64,000 nt of DNA from Diplonema japonicum (taxonomy: Eukaryota; Protista; Euglenozoa: Diplonemea). The translations under genes and the position numbers were made by a program. The stretch spans positions 310,001-374,000 of the forward strand of contig OZ025671.1 of assembly GCA_964019335.1 (NCBI GenBank), read 5' to 3'. The notes beneath the pieces are model-generated. The model searched no databases, had not been told where the DNA came from, and worked only from the letters and a program-made list of their open reading frames with translations. Below are positions 1-10,480 of this stretch, piece by piece. Positions within the stretch are counted from its first letter, which is position 1; the number at the start of each line of letters is the position of its first letter.

Positions 1-3000
1 CAGACACTTCTGCACGCAACTCAGAAGCTTCATCTTTTGAAAGACACTGCTGTGCGCTGTGCATGTCATACTTCGGCGAAGCAGGAGGTGACGGAGGTAT
101 CCGCGGTGGTGGCTCAGCAAGTTTTGCATCCACTCTTGCAAGTGCCTGATCAGCTGCACGCAACATGCTTAAAACATCAGCGTTGTCATCAGAGGGAACG
201 AAGGGTGTGAGCGGTATAGCGGGGGAGGGTGTTCTAGGTGCTTCAGCCTCGCTAGCACATGGGGAAGCACGTCCACAAGACGAAGCTGTGCATTCCGACG
301 GCGGCTGTGTGCATGCAGACTCGACCGTTCGGAAACGAGGAAGCGGAGATTGAATAGCTGTCTTTCTTGACAAGATAGCTGCATCAAGTGACTTGTTCGG
401 GACTCTTGCGGTGTCGCGTGCTGCTTTTCTCCATGACGCCGATTCCTCCCCTGTGATGTTTTCCCATTGCATCTTCTCCTCCAGGGAGGTTTCGTTTCGC
501 AGATAGGCTTCGTCACTCGTCACGGTGTTGAGCTGCTTGTTGGTTTCACGCATCAGCCCGACCCCCAGCCACCGGCCCATCTCAAACCATTTGTCATCCT
601 CGTCATCTTCGATCTTCTCACGGATTGTCTCCTCCAGCGACATAATTGCCTTTCTGCAGTCCTCTTCCGAACCGAGTCTCTCACTGAGCATTTTCCTTGT
701 GCCGAACAGCTCATTGGTCATCAGGATCTCTAAATCATAGCGAGCGTCGTCTTCCTCTGCTTGTATGGTTTTCCTGTCTGCTGTCTCCTCGTGGGCAAAG
801 TCCTGCCTCTCCTGAGCACGTGCTGATTTCGCATCCTCAATCTTTCTTCTTATTTTCATTTTACTAGAAGCAGCAGCGGTCACAAGAACATTGTGCTCCT
901 CCATCTGCTTCTTTAGAAGCGCGTCCCGTCCTGGCGTCTCTTCCTTCATCAGTTGGTACCTAGCTGTTTGCTTCCATGTCAAGGCAACCCACTGTGCTTC
1001 TTCGTCGTCTTTGAGCTTCATGCGCACTCTTGTCTCTCCTCTCTCAACATCTCTTCTGGCCTTCAAAACAAGAACATGCTTCTTCTCCTCTTGCACTCGG
1101 CTGCTTAAAGCCATCCGTGCCGCCTCTTGCAGTCTCTCCACCTCCTTCCTAGCGACATCTTCGTCTTTCTCTGTTGTCCTGCATGCTGCCCTGAGGCGCA
1201 GTATCCTCTCCTTGTAGCGTGCCTCGCACTGCACCCTGCTGACCTCGTCCATCTTCACCAGCGGCTCAGCATTCATTTGCTCTTCGCGCATGATTTGCAC
1301 TCTGTCCATCTCTTCCTCTTTCACGAGCATTGCCAGAGCCGATTTGAACTGCTCTTTCATCTCCTCTTGGTACAGGAGGAGGGGGCTGTTATCTTCTGTG
1401 ATTCGAATGGTGCCTGTGATCTTGCCGCTCACTTTGATACCACCACGACCTAGGAAGCCTGTGAAAGACACGGGCTTGCCTACGTTCGCAACGGCATCCG
1501 ACAGCATGACACGTGTTGTCCCGATTAGCTCGTCCTTGTCGCGAAGCGAGAGTAACAAATACTGCCGTGCAAGATTCTCTGCAGAATGGGTTATTGGATC
1601 CATCACTGCAAAGGCGCCGCCGTGGTACTCAGCACCTTCAGGACGCAGCTCAGGGCTTCGTGCGGAAGGCATTTCTGCAAACGGGGCCCATGCTGAGATG
1701 TGGGCCTTGAGTGACAGTTTCTTAATATCGTAGGAAACGACGCATTTGTCCACCATGACAGCCCGCTTGGCGCATGGCCTTGAGAACGCTTCGCAGAAGA
1801 GCAGCTGCGTGTCGAACTTGAACGCAGCACACGTTGCAGGCATCCCCGCTACGTCGTGTGCAGCGTAGTTCGTAGGCCGCATGTCGTATAAAGGCAATGA
1901 CTTCCACATCACGCGTTGCTCCAGCGACGCATGCTGCAGCTCGTTGCTCAACGTTAGGTCCCCTTCGTTGAAGCCGTCCAATATGTTTCCCACAGCCACT
2001 TCCTTCGCAAGTCTGTCACTCCCCCTCGGCAGTGCGCTCAAAGTGGTCCACTGGTCGGGTGTTGTGGCACCCTTAAACCCGTGCCCCAGGCCACCCAAAA
2101 TAAATACATGGTGGTACCTATGAAGCATATCCCCATGAGCCCCTGCATCTGCCTTCTCCAACAGTAATCTTAAGACTTCGTTCCGTGCAGCAGTGGACTC
2201 CTCGCTGGCCCCCTCTGCAATGTTCTTGAGAGACGTAGCAACGAAGCACATAGGCGATTCCCTGAGGCTGAAAGACATCGTCACCATGTCGGTGATAACG
2301 GACTGCGACTTGGTAAGGAGCTTTCTTGCTTTAAAGGTGCGTGTATGACATCCTGCCCAGGCTTGGATGTTAGAGATGGCAGCCACTATGGACCGCTTGG
2401 CGTAGACCATGATGATGACGGACTTTTTGTTGCTGCTCTGTTCGGTGCTGAGAAGAGGTATATAGTTGGCTTTGAGCTTTTCGGTGATAATGCTGCCGTA
2501 CTTTTCGTAATCTTTATCTTTCTTGGTTTCCTTATCGTACGTCACGCCTACCACGCTGAGGACGACCAGCTCTGCACTGCCAGGTGAGAGCCATTGAGAC
2601 GTGTCGTCGTCGACGGTGAGTTGCGAGTCAGTAACGTCAATGGTCCCTACCCACACCGAGCTCCCCGTAGTGGGGGTCGGCGAAACGAACAGTCGTGTCT
2701 CGCCCGACATGCGCTGCACTTCTCCAGGTGCCCCGTGTACAATGGGTACTTCGGTGCTCCCTGAAATGCCGACTGTGCAAGGCTTCCTCGAAGAAAGGCA
2801 CATGTATGGACACCACAGCAGGTCCATGCGCATCCCCTTGGCACACTCGTAAAATCGCTGCCTCTCTTGAGCGCTCAGGAACTCCAAGTCATGTTCATGG
2901 CCTGTTCTTGTACAGCGGAGATGAAGCCGCTTTGTCTCCAGTAGATCGAGTTGTATTTTAATCAAATCAGAGTGCTGGTGAGACTTCGTGGTGGGGTCGG

Positions 3001-3712
3001 TTATCTGTTGGATGGCGTCTGTGGCGGACTGGCTGTAGGCAGGTCTGTAAATGTGGCGGGAGAGGAGGTCGACGACCCATAGCCTGGTCTCACGGCGTGC
3101 GAGGGAACCCACAACCTTCCGCTGGTTGGGGGACACTTTGGCGACACGAAAGACGCAGCGGAACCATTTGGCCATGCCTATGTACATGATGTTGAGGTCG
3201 TGCTCCAGGTCGAGGATCATGAGGCGCTTGATACGCAGTGCTCTGCGGCCGAAGGGGGGGCCGAAGTCCACGACCACACGGTTGTCAGGGCGATCGTCGT
3301 CCACCACCACACCTCGCTTGCCGTTCAGGCCAGCGACCTGTGTGAGACCGTGTGCTTGAACAGATGTGCCCGTACTGTATTTGTATAACTCAGAGATGGA
3401 ATCTTCAGAGGGTGGCGGCGGGTTTCCCTCAGACGCACCAGCCTCCGTATCGGCCTCGGTCTCCTCTTCCTCATCTTCTTCGTCGTACTCATCGCCCGCA
3501 ATTTCACTCTCAGCCACTGTGATGCTCTCAGACCTCCCTGAAACTGTAGACTTGATGCTCCCCTTTCGTTGCGCCCAGCTTTCTTTCCCTGCACTGACAT
3601 TGGACATGTTCAAGAGGCTGTCATCAGGCCTTCTGCTGTTGATAGTGTTGTGTAACTTCGACACTTTGTTAAGCAACCCGCTGAAGCCCCCTTTCCGCAC
3701 AGGCTCCGCCAT
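1..3712 (-). CDS. Large protein (>1,230 aa, runs off the window) with a degenerate inositol polyphosphate 5-phosphatase-like domain followed by coiled coil
   Basis: Missing from the ORF track, apparently because no stop is reached in the window. Manual translation from ATG 3712 gives MAEPVRKGG..., then SFSLRESPMCFVATSL, YHHVFILGGLGH and DRLAKEVAVGNILDGFNEG, matching 5-phosphatase motifs CFVNSHL, VFWFGDLNY and DQL...FxGFxEG. Antisense shadow ORFs keep one phase from 165 to 3366. Pyrimidine tract plus CCCCCAG lies just upstream of the ATG. Confidence 0.7.
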   Translation of the reverse strand, partial: MAEPVRKGGFSGLLNKVSKLHNTINSRRPDDSLLNMSNVSAGKESWAQRKGSIKSTVSGRSESITVAESEIAGDEYDEEDEEEETEADTEAGASEGNPPPPSEDSISELYKYSTGTSVQAHGLTQVAGLNGKRGVVVDDDRPDNRVVVDFGPPFGRRALRIKRLMILDLEHDLNIMYIGMAKWFRCVFRVAKVSPNQRKVVGSLARRETRLWVVDLLSRHIYRPAYSQSATDAIQQITDPTTKSHQHSDLIKIQLDLLETKRLHLRCTRTGHEHDLEFLSAQERQRFYECAKGMRMDLLWCPYMCLSSRKPCTVGISGSTEVPIVHGAPGEVQRMSGETRLFVSPTPTTGSSVWVGTIDVTDSQLTVDDDTSQWLSPGSAELVVLSVVGVTYDKETKKDKDYEKYGSIITEKLKANYIPLLSTEQSSNKKSVIIMVYAKRSIVAAISNIQAWAGCHTRTFKARKLLTKSQSVITDMVTMSFSLRESPMCFVATSLKNIAEGASEESTAARNEVLRLLLEKADAGAHGDMLHRYHHVFILGGLGHGFKGATTPDQWTTLSALPRGSDRLAKEVAVGNILDGFNEGDLTLSNELQHASLEQRVMWKSLPLYDMRPTNYAAHDVAGMPATCAAFKFDTQLLFCEAFSRPCAKRAVMVDKCVVSYDIKKLSLKAHISAWAPFAEMPSARSPELRPEGAEYHGGAFAVMDPITHSAENLARQYLLLSLRDKDELIGTTRVMLSDAVANVGKPVSFTGFLGRGGIKVSGKITGTIRITEDNSPLLLYQEEMKEQFKSALAMLVKEEEMDRVQIMREEQMNAEPLVKMDEVSRVQCEARYKERILRLRAACRTTEKDEDVARKEVERLQEAARMALSSRVQEEKKHVLVLKARRDVERGETRVRMKLKDDEEAQWVALTWKQTARYQLMKEETPGRDALLKKQMEEHNVLVTAAASSKMKIRRKIEDAKSARAQERQDFAHEETADRKTIQAEEDDARYDLEILMTNELFGTRKMLSERLGSEEDCRKAIMSLEETIREKIEDDEDDKWFEMGRWLGVGLMRETNKQLNTVTSDEAYLRNETSLEEKMQWENITGEESASWRKAARDTARVPNKSLDAAILSRKTAIQSPLPRFRTVESACTQPPSECTASSCGRASPCASEAEAPRTPSPAIPLTPFVPSDDNADVLSMLRAADQALARVDAKLAEPPPRIPPSPPASPKYDMHSAQQCLSKDEASELRAEVS

Positions 3713-3800
3713 GGTTTTCCACCACTCTGGGGGAGAAATTGTCGCGAGAAAAATAAGAAGCAGGAGAAAAAAAAATCGAGATAGGTGGAATAACCACATT

Positions 3801-5382
3801 TTAACCTGAAGCTACATTTTCTTCCAGTTCGTCGATGGCTTCCCGCAACCACTCGGGGCTGGACAACCCGATACTGTTAGATGTCTGTGGAATTTGTTTT
3901 TAATATAACCCCCACCATACCTCGAGCATGAGCTTAACATCTTCTTCGGTCTTTTTGGGTACATTCTGCTGGAGGGACATTAGGGCGCAAGTAGAAACGT
4001 CGTTGGGTGACTCAGCGACAGTAAGGAGGCTGCGGGACACGGCCGCGAGAGTAGCGTCGGGTTCTTGAGAAATAACAGATAAGAACACAGCGAGAGAGGG
4101 TGTGTGTCCGCTGGTCAAGTCGCAAAGATGAGCCTGCACAGTGGGATGTTGGAGCTTGCTGGTGGCGAAATTGCTGCCAGTAGCAGTGCAGATGATGCCC
4201 AACGTGAGGACGTCGTCGAAGGTGGGCTCTCTGTCTGGAGCCTGTTCTATGAAGCGTGCAAAGGCCTTTTTGCCAGGAATCTCGGGTGAAAGTAGTTTTT
4301 CGTTGCATCCCAGTATCCTCGACAGGCGTGCGAGGTAGCGGTCTGCCCACCCCACGCTGCCACGCGGTACGAAGTTAAAGAGGTCTGAAACAAGGGACAA
4401 CCCCGCAAGAACCCACATCCTGTTCAACGGCATAACAGGTACATCTGAGAGCGACGCCCCCAGAAGGATTGCTGCGCACATTCCTACACGAGTTTCGTTG
4501 CACATCTGCTTCAGCCGTGCCTCCCTTCCTAGTACACACATTGCGTCGTAACACATGAGCTCGGCCATCCACACATGTGTCTGCATTGCTCCGCAGCATT
4601 CTGCAAACCTCTTTGCAATCAGAAGCGCCGCCTGCCCCTCAGCTTCCGTGGGGCTCTGCAAAATTAAATACCCGTGCACTACATTCAACAGGTCGCCAAG
4701 CACCTCGCTGGCTTCGTTGGTGTGCTCTATGAGACCGGCTGCAATGGGGATCGCTCTTTCCGGGATGTCATCCTGTTGTTTAAAAGAAAAGAAAAAATAC
4801 ACAGAGGATGATAGCGCTTTGGTACACACCGAGACGAAGAGTGCTTGCAAGACGTCCAGCAGCTCATCATATGTGGGGCAGCTCCGGGAGATGATGCGCA
4901 CGCATTTCGCGAGGGACTCGTTACGGTCGCACTGGAGGGGATTTCAAAAAAAAAAAAAAAAGACTTTCCCTCCATACCACATTCAGCAGGAGCTCGTGCA
5001 GGGTGCAGGCCTCGTTGATTGGATCTTCTTTTATTTCTGTCGTTCCCTCGTTCTTCGACTTCGGCAAGAATGACCTCACCTTCGCTACTTTCTTCGGAGG
5101 CCCGTACTCCGGGATGAGGGCCGCTCCAGCTGTGTCCGCCATATGCTTCCGTTTTGTTGGTTTCGCTGACACCGCAACCGGTTCATGTTGTTCGTGGGTG
5201 TGCTCTACTTCGTGTTGCTTGACACTTGACCCATTGCTCCTGATCACCAGCCTCTCCGCGCTGCCCGTCTCTCCCAACTCGTTCAAAAATTCTGATATTG
5301 CGTCAAGTGTCTTTGTCTCTATTACCTTCAGTCTTTCTATTCTCTCCAGTTGCTTTGCGACTTTTTCCAAAGCTTCGTTCAT
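3801..5382 (-). CDS. Hypothetical protein, spliced (introns 4932-4977, probably 4773-4802, and 3885-3920)
   Basis: Removing GT-AG introns joins ORFs 4921-5430 and 3900-4901 in frame (LLNV|CDRNES; MLE|TSNSIG...NVASG*). Start taken at the first ATG (MNEALEKV). Confidence 0.65.
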
Positions 5383-5539
5383 ATTTTCCTTTCCCCCCTC
5401 TCCCGCTCCCTCTCTCTTCTGAGTTGCCACTTTACCTTATTTTCAAAACAGTCATCGGGTCCTTTGTAGTATTTATGAGGATTACTTGCCTATTTCTAAG
5501 AGTCCGTGCGAAGGATCCTGACTAGTGCAGACTCAGTAG

Positions 5540-5960
5540 AACCGAAGATCAACGCAATCACGACGGAAGACCAGCTACTTAGCATCATTACGAACTAAAG
5601 AGTACATGCTCAAGACACGGTACTCGATCGCGATATGAAGCTGTGCGTAGGATAGGGGACGCTACCATGGAAGAAACACCAACGCAAAGAACGTTAGTGT
5701 ACAGCCTGTGACCACCGAGCTACCTGGCCACACAGTCCGGGGAACAGCTGCCCTGCCCTTGCAAAGCCTGCGCCAAAGGCGACAAAACGTGGAACGGACA
5801 CGCCATAGGGCTCTGCAAGAACCTGAAGAACATAACCGAGAAGGACTGCAAGAAAGGTTCACAAGAGGCAGAAAGTACAGAGGCTGTGATGACATCGAGG
5901 AAGCCATCAGCAGGCCGGGTCGTGCGGGATTTAAGAATCTTTCTATATGTGGGCTTTGAA
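5540..5960 (+). pseudogene. Possible degenerate gag-like/zinc-knuckle relic
   Basis: Coding-like island opposite to the host genes. One frame reads CPCKACAKGDKTWNGHAIGLC (Cx2Cx9Hx4C), with stops upstream. Confidence 0.25.
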
Positions 5961-6192
5961 AATGTGCCTGTGGCCTTTGTTTAAGTCCCCTTCTTTACAA
6001 TATGTGCTACATGAAAAAGAGAGGAAAAAAAAAAGGGGGGGGGAACGCGGAAACAAAACGCAAAAAATCCGATTTGTTAGCATGAGTTGAGAAATGGGGG
6101 GAGGAAATGTAACGAACCCCCCGGCGCCGCAATTCTCTTATTCTCTTCTTTTTTTGTTTTCTTTGCTTTAACAACTATTGTCTTTGCAAAAG

Positions 6193-6241
<49 letters not shown>

Positions 6242-6467
6242 ACATTTAAAAACAAAAAGTAGTGGCAACTCGTTGGTTCATCCCTCTTCTGATTCTCTTC
6301 TCGTAGTTAAAGGGGATTCATATTGTTTTGGGTGTTTAAGGAAAAATCGAGTCTTCCCTTCTCTTTCGAAGCCCCCCCCCCAAAAAAAAGAAACAAAATA
6401 CACTAGAAAAGAAAGGCAAGAAAAAGAAAGAAGGAAAAGATTCTTCTTTCTCACTTGTATAATCCTT

Positions 6468-7212
6468 CTATAGTTCTTTAAGCCCTTCCCCAGTACTACC
6501 AGTGTCTTCTTCTTCTGCCTCAGCTTGCGTAGCTCGCTCTTTTGCGACAGCCTCAAAGGCAGTGTTCCGTAAGTCGTTCTTGGTGACGCCAATAATTCGG
6601 GGATCAACCCCTACAAGCTTGAGGAACCGCTTGAGTTCTTTTACCTATTTCGTTTTCTATTTTTTTTATTTTTTTTTTTTCGCTCCCTCCCTCCCCACTC
6701 TGAGCACACACCGAGTAGCTTTGTATCTCCTCCTCTGTAGGGATATATTTTGTTGGTTTTTTTTTCTTCTCGCCCGCTTCTGCGGGGCCTTTCTTTCTTT
6801 TACACTCATCGCTGCAAAGCACAGACAGCGGGAGATCGTTATGCCGCGACACTGCTGACAGCAACGAGACTGCTTTCAACCGATACTTTTCCTGCAACCT
6901 AACACACAACTTTGTCAGCATCTTTATGTCGCCCGGCCCAAACTCGGGCACCCCTGGCCCCCCACAGGGTGCTTCCCGTGTATAAATAATAGTGTTTATC
7001 TCCCCACACCACCCATCGACTGCTAACCCCGCCTTTTCAGCTGGACTGTACTGCTTGAAGCCACCCCCGTATCGCCTCACCTTTGGGTTCAGCTTTTTGT
7101 AATCCATCCGGAGCTTCGCATGCAACCACATGCACCCATCGCAGGTCTTGCCCCGATCCCACGCTTCGTTTGCCGATATTATAAACAGCGGCAAGAGGAT
7201 TATAGGGTGCAT
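6468..7212 (-). CDS. ER-luminal saposin-like + SAP-like protein (MANF/ARMET-like), intron 6645-6711
   Basis: Signal peptide MHPIILLPLFIISA, CDGC and further Cys. Splicing yields YS|VKELKRFLKLVGVD (SAP-like) and a C-terminal LKEL ER-retention-like signal. Confidence 0.6.
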
Positions 7213-7391
7213 TGTGCACACCCTACCTGTGGTATGGTAAGTGCAAGTTTAAAAAAAAACGGGAGTAAACTTCTTAAAAGCATGATACACATGGTGTTCT
7301 ATACAGAAACGGGGGGGGGGGGGGGGGGCGAAGGGGGGAAAAGAAATCGTACAAATAAAGAGAAATAAAAAAAAGAAATCTAATACTCATT

Positions 7392-8734
7392 TTAACACGT
7401 GACACCTCCACCAGGGAGGAGCTGCGGGGGCCACGCGGTGCCTGTGTGTGGTTGTTGGTGAGTTCTCGGAGGAGACAGGTTGTTGTACTGTGGACGGGGG
7501 TCGAAGGGAGGCTGTGTCGGGATCTTGGCTTGCTGTAAGACACTGTTTGCCGCTTGTTGGAGGAGCTGGTGTTCGTGTTCCAGACCGGCAAGTTGTTTGT
7601 CCTTTTCAAGCACCTGCGCCTGAGCAGTCTTCAAGTCCTTCTGCAACATTTGTATTGTGTTCTGTGCATTTTGTAGCTCTCTCCGCAGTGCCGCCGCTTC
7701 TGCCATGTTCCTGTCCCTGTCGTCGAGGGACCCTGCAAGCTCGTTCCGGAGCATCTGCGTTGCAGAGTTCGCGTCCTTCAACTGCAGCAGGACCGTTTCA
7801 TGCAACTCTTGTTCCACCTTTGTCCGCACTACTTCATAAAGCCTGGCCTCGATGATGGGCTCCAGCTCCCTCTCTACCTCTGCTCGGACCCTGTCCCTTG
7901 CTTTCTGCACCTCTGCCCGCATCGTGTCACACATCCTCGCGAACTCCCTTTGAAGCTCGTCCTTCACCTCCCCTGTAATCCTGTGTGTCAGCTCCCTCTC
8001 GATCTCTTCCCTCAGATCTGGTTCCATCATTTGTCTCAGCTCCCTCCTTGCCCTGTCTTCTAACGATTGCACGAACCTCCTGTTGTCCATATCCATCTGT
8101 GCCTCTTTCCGTCTTTGTTTTTCTTCGTTCTCCATCAGCTGTCTTTCCGCCCTGTCCTCCAGATCTGAAAGCCTCTGTTGCTGCTCATCGAGGATCGCTT
8201 CCTTTGTTTTGATGTTTCGCAGCTCCTCCTCTCGTCTCTTCTCCCAGTCGCGCTCCCTGTCCTCCCAGTCGTCGAGAAGCTTTCGTTTCAGTTTCAGTAC
8301 CTCGTCCTCGCCTGCCATAAGTTGCTGCTTCCTCAGGGTTTCTAAGGTTTCGGACTCTGCTTGGAGCATGCGTACGCGTCTGTCGGCGTCTCTGAGACGC
8401 TCTTCCGCTTGCCGCACACTCCAGTCGGGGACGTGCTGGATGGGTATGAGGTGTGTGCCGCTTTCTGTTTGCTTGTGCTTGTAATTCTCATCAACGTCTC
8501 TCTCAGTCTCGGTGATGAGCTGTGACCGTGCCTTCAAAGTGCCCAGCATCCCGAGGGGATCCCTGTGGTGTCAGCCAAGTTATCGAACACATACCTCTTA
8601 GGCGAAATCCTCCCAAATTCCATCCCTGATTGCGGTGCAGGCGTGCTTGGCGGGCCTAAATACCTTGGTGTGCTGTTCAACCCCGTGCTCGGCATACCCC
8701 CCCTTCTTGGGGGGGACATCTGCTTTATCTCCAT
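7392..8734 (-). CDS. Coiled-coil protein, intron 8563-8594
   Basis: A 32-nt GTATG...CTGAC...CAG intron joins ORF 8534-8734 to 7392-8549 in frame (SPKR|DPLGMLG). Long E/R/Q/L-rich heptad region. Confidence 0.7.
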
Positions 8735-9199
8735 CGCCCTCCTCCCCCCTGTATAGTTTTTGCTCAGGAAAACAAGAAGGTAAACAAATAATGTTGTTTG
8801 TTGTTAGAACACACGCGGGCATTGAGGGCACGTCGCTCGACTCGAATATTATGGGGGAAAATAATGGGGGGTGAGCGACCCTGCAAATATGCCGTGATAA
8901 ACAAGTAAAGAGGGTGAAGTGATAGGTTATGCATCTTAGACTTTCTTCCAAAAAAAAAAGTTCACTATGACAGGAAACGACGTGGTTAGCAACGGTACAC
9001 CGCCGTGGCGTGCCTAAAAGAAAAAGAAGAAAAAAAAAAAAAACCGTCTATCTCTCAATGCATAGCGGCAACCAGGGGTGGAAGGGTCTCTAGTGCGCTA
9101 GGGTAAAAATACATAAAAGAAATAAAAAGAAGGCCCAAGGTTAGTGAGCCACGGCTACTACTTACTTGCCCAACATTTCTTCAAAAAGAAAACACAAAA

Positions 9200-10399
9200 T
9201 CATAAAAACCCGGTGGTTAAGTTTTCAGCGGCACTTCCGCTCGAGACAAAATCATCGTCGTTAAGGAGACTGATGTTGATGACGAGACCAATGGGAAGGG
9301 TGATGAGGACAAGCACCTGCTGCATGAAGGCGATTTCGGACACCTCTTGGATGAGGTAATCAGCTTTGGATGCTACTATAGAAATATTAGCGGCCATAGG
9401 GGATAAAGCAGCAAGGAGGAGAACAACCTGCATCGCCTTGCTGACGAGGAGCCCCCAGTGTGCAGCTGCGTAAATAATAAGAGAGAGAATCGTACCAAGG
9501 AAGATCAGTTTGATCAACGCTAAAAGCACTACGGCGCGGAGGGTGATCTGCGACCGTTTACCTTCACCAGCTCGCTTCCCGTACACCATACTGGCGCCCA
9601 TTGAGATGACACACAACGGCGGTGCTGTGGCGCCCACATAATCGAGCGTTTCCCAGATGAAAGATTCTACAAATAAATCCCGCAAAGGCGGTATCAGCCC
9701 TACAGCAATGCTCGCCATGATGGAGAGTGTGATGTTGTTCGTCACTGGGTGGTTCCACCCACGCACGTACCAAGGGCGCGGCTCTGGTATGGGTTCGGGG
9801 TTCTTTTCAATATCTTCTTCCCTCTCGCCGGGTCGCAGGAGCTCCACACCCGAGGACGCAAGCTCACCTTCAAGTAGCTCTCGTTCCTCTTTTTGCTTCA
9901 TCGCCATCAACATTGTGTACCCCACAGACCACAGCAACAACAGTGAAAAACATCCTGATAAATACGAATAAGCAGCGCCTTCTTCTTTCGCGCCTTTCAA
10001 CCACGGCAGCTCGTCGCACAGGGCGTAGTACACAGGCACAGGGATTGCCACCACGTTGGGGAAGGTGAAGCAAATAGCGTACAGCGCTGTGAACTTCTTC
10101 GGTGCTAACGACTGAAACACATATGGCACTGCAACCCCCAACAAGATGCTCACAACGGAGCTCACCAACGTCAGCAATGGCAGGATCCACAGCTCGGACA
10201 TCGCGTCGAGCGTCACCGCTTTTGTGCAGGCAGCGATCACTAGACAAGGTATCAAGAACTCCCCGAGAATTTGATTCACTCCCTTCCACACCTCCAGGCT
10301 TGTTACTTTGTACTTAGCCAAGTACACCCCTGCTCCAAGCATGAACAACACTCTGGCGGTGGCTATACATGCTGCCTTGATGCCCACCCACAGATTCAT
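9200..10399 (-). CDS. Auxin efflux carrier / PIN-LIKES (Mem_trans) family membrane transporter
   Basis: 399 aa with about 10 hydrophobic helices in two blocks around a hydrophilic loop. Motifs IPCL, FPNVVAIP, GATAPPLCVISMGA and SPMA. Confidence 0.8.
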   Translation of the reverse strand: MNLWVGIKAACIATARVLFMLGAGVYLAKYKVTSLEVWKGVNQILGEFLIPCLVIAACTKAVTLDAMSELWILPLLTLVSSVVSILLGVAVPYVFQSLAPKKFTALYAICFTFPNVVAIPVPVYYALCDELPWLKGAKEEGAAYSYLSGCFSLLLLWSVGYTMLMAMKQKEERELLEGELASSGVELLRPGEREEDIEKNPEPIPEPRPWYVRGWNHPVTNNITLSIMASIAVGLIPPLRDLFVESFIWETLDYVGATAPPLCVISMGASMVYGKRAGEGKRSQITLRAVVLLALIKLIFLGTILSLIIYAAAHWGLLVSKAMQVVLLLAALSPMAANISIVASKADYLIQEVSEIAFMQQVLVLITLPIGLVINISLLNDDDFVSSGSAAENLTTGFL

Positions 10400-10480
10400 C
10401 GTGTAAGCCTAGTGAATATTGAGAGAAGATAATAAGTATTAAAACAAGAAGTCTCAGAACATGGCGTGGTGGAAACCACG

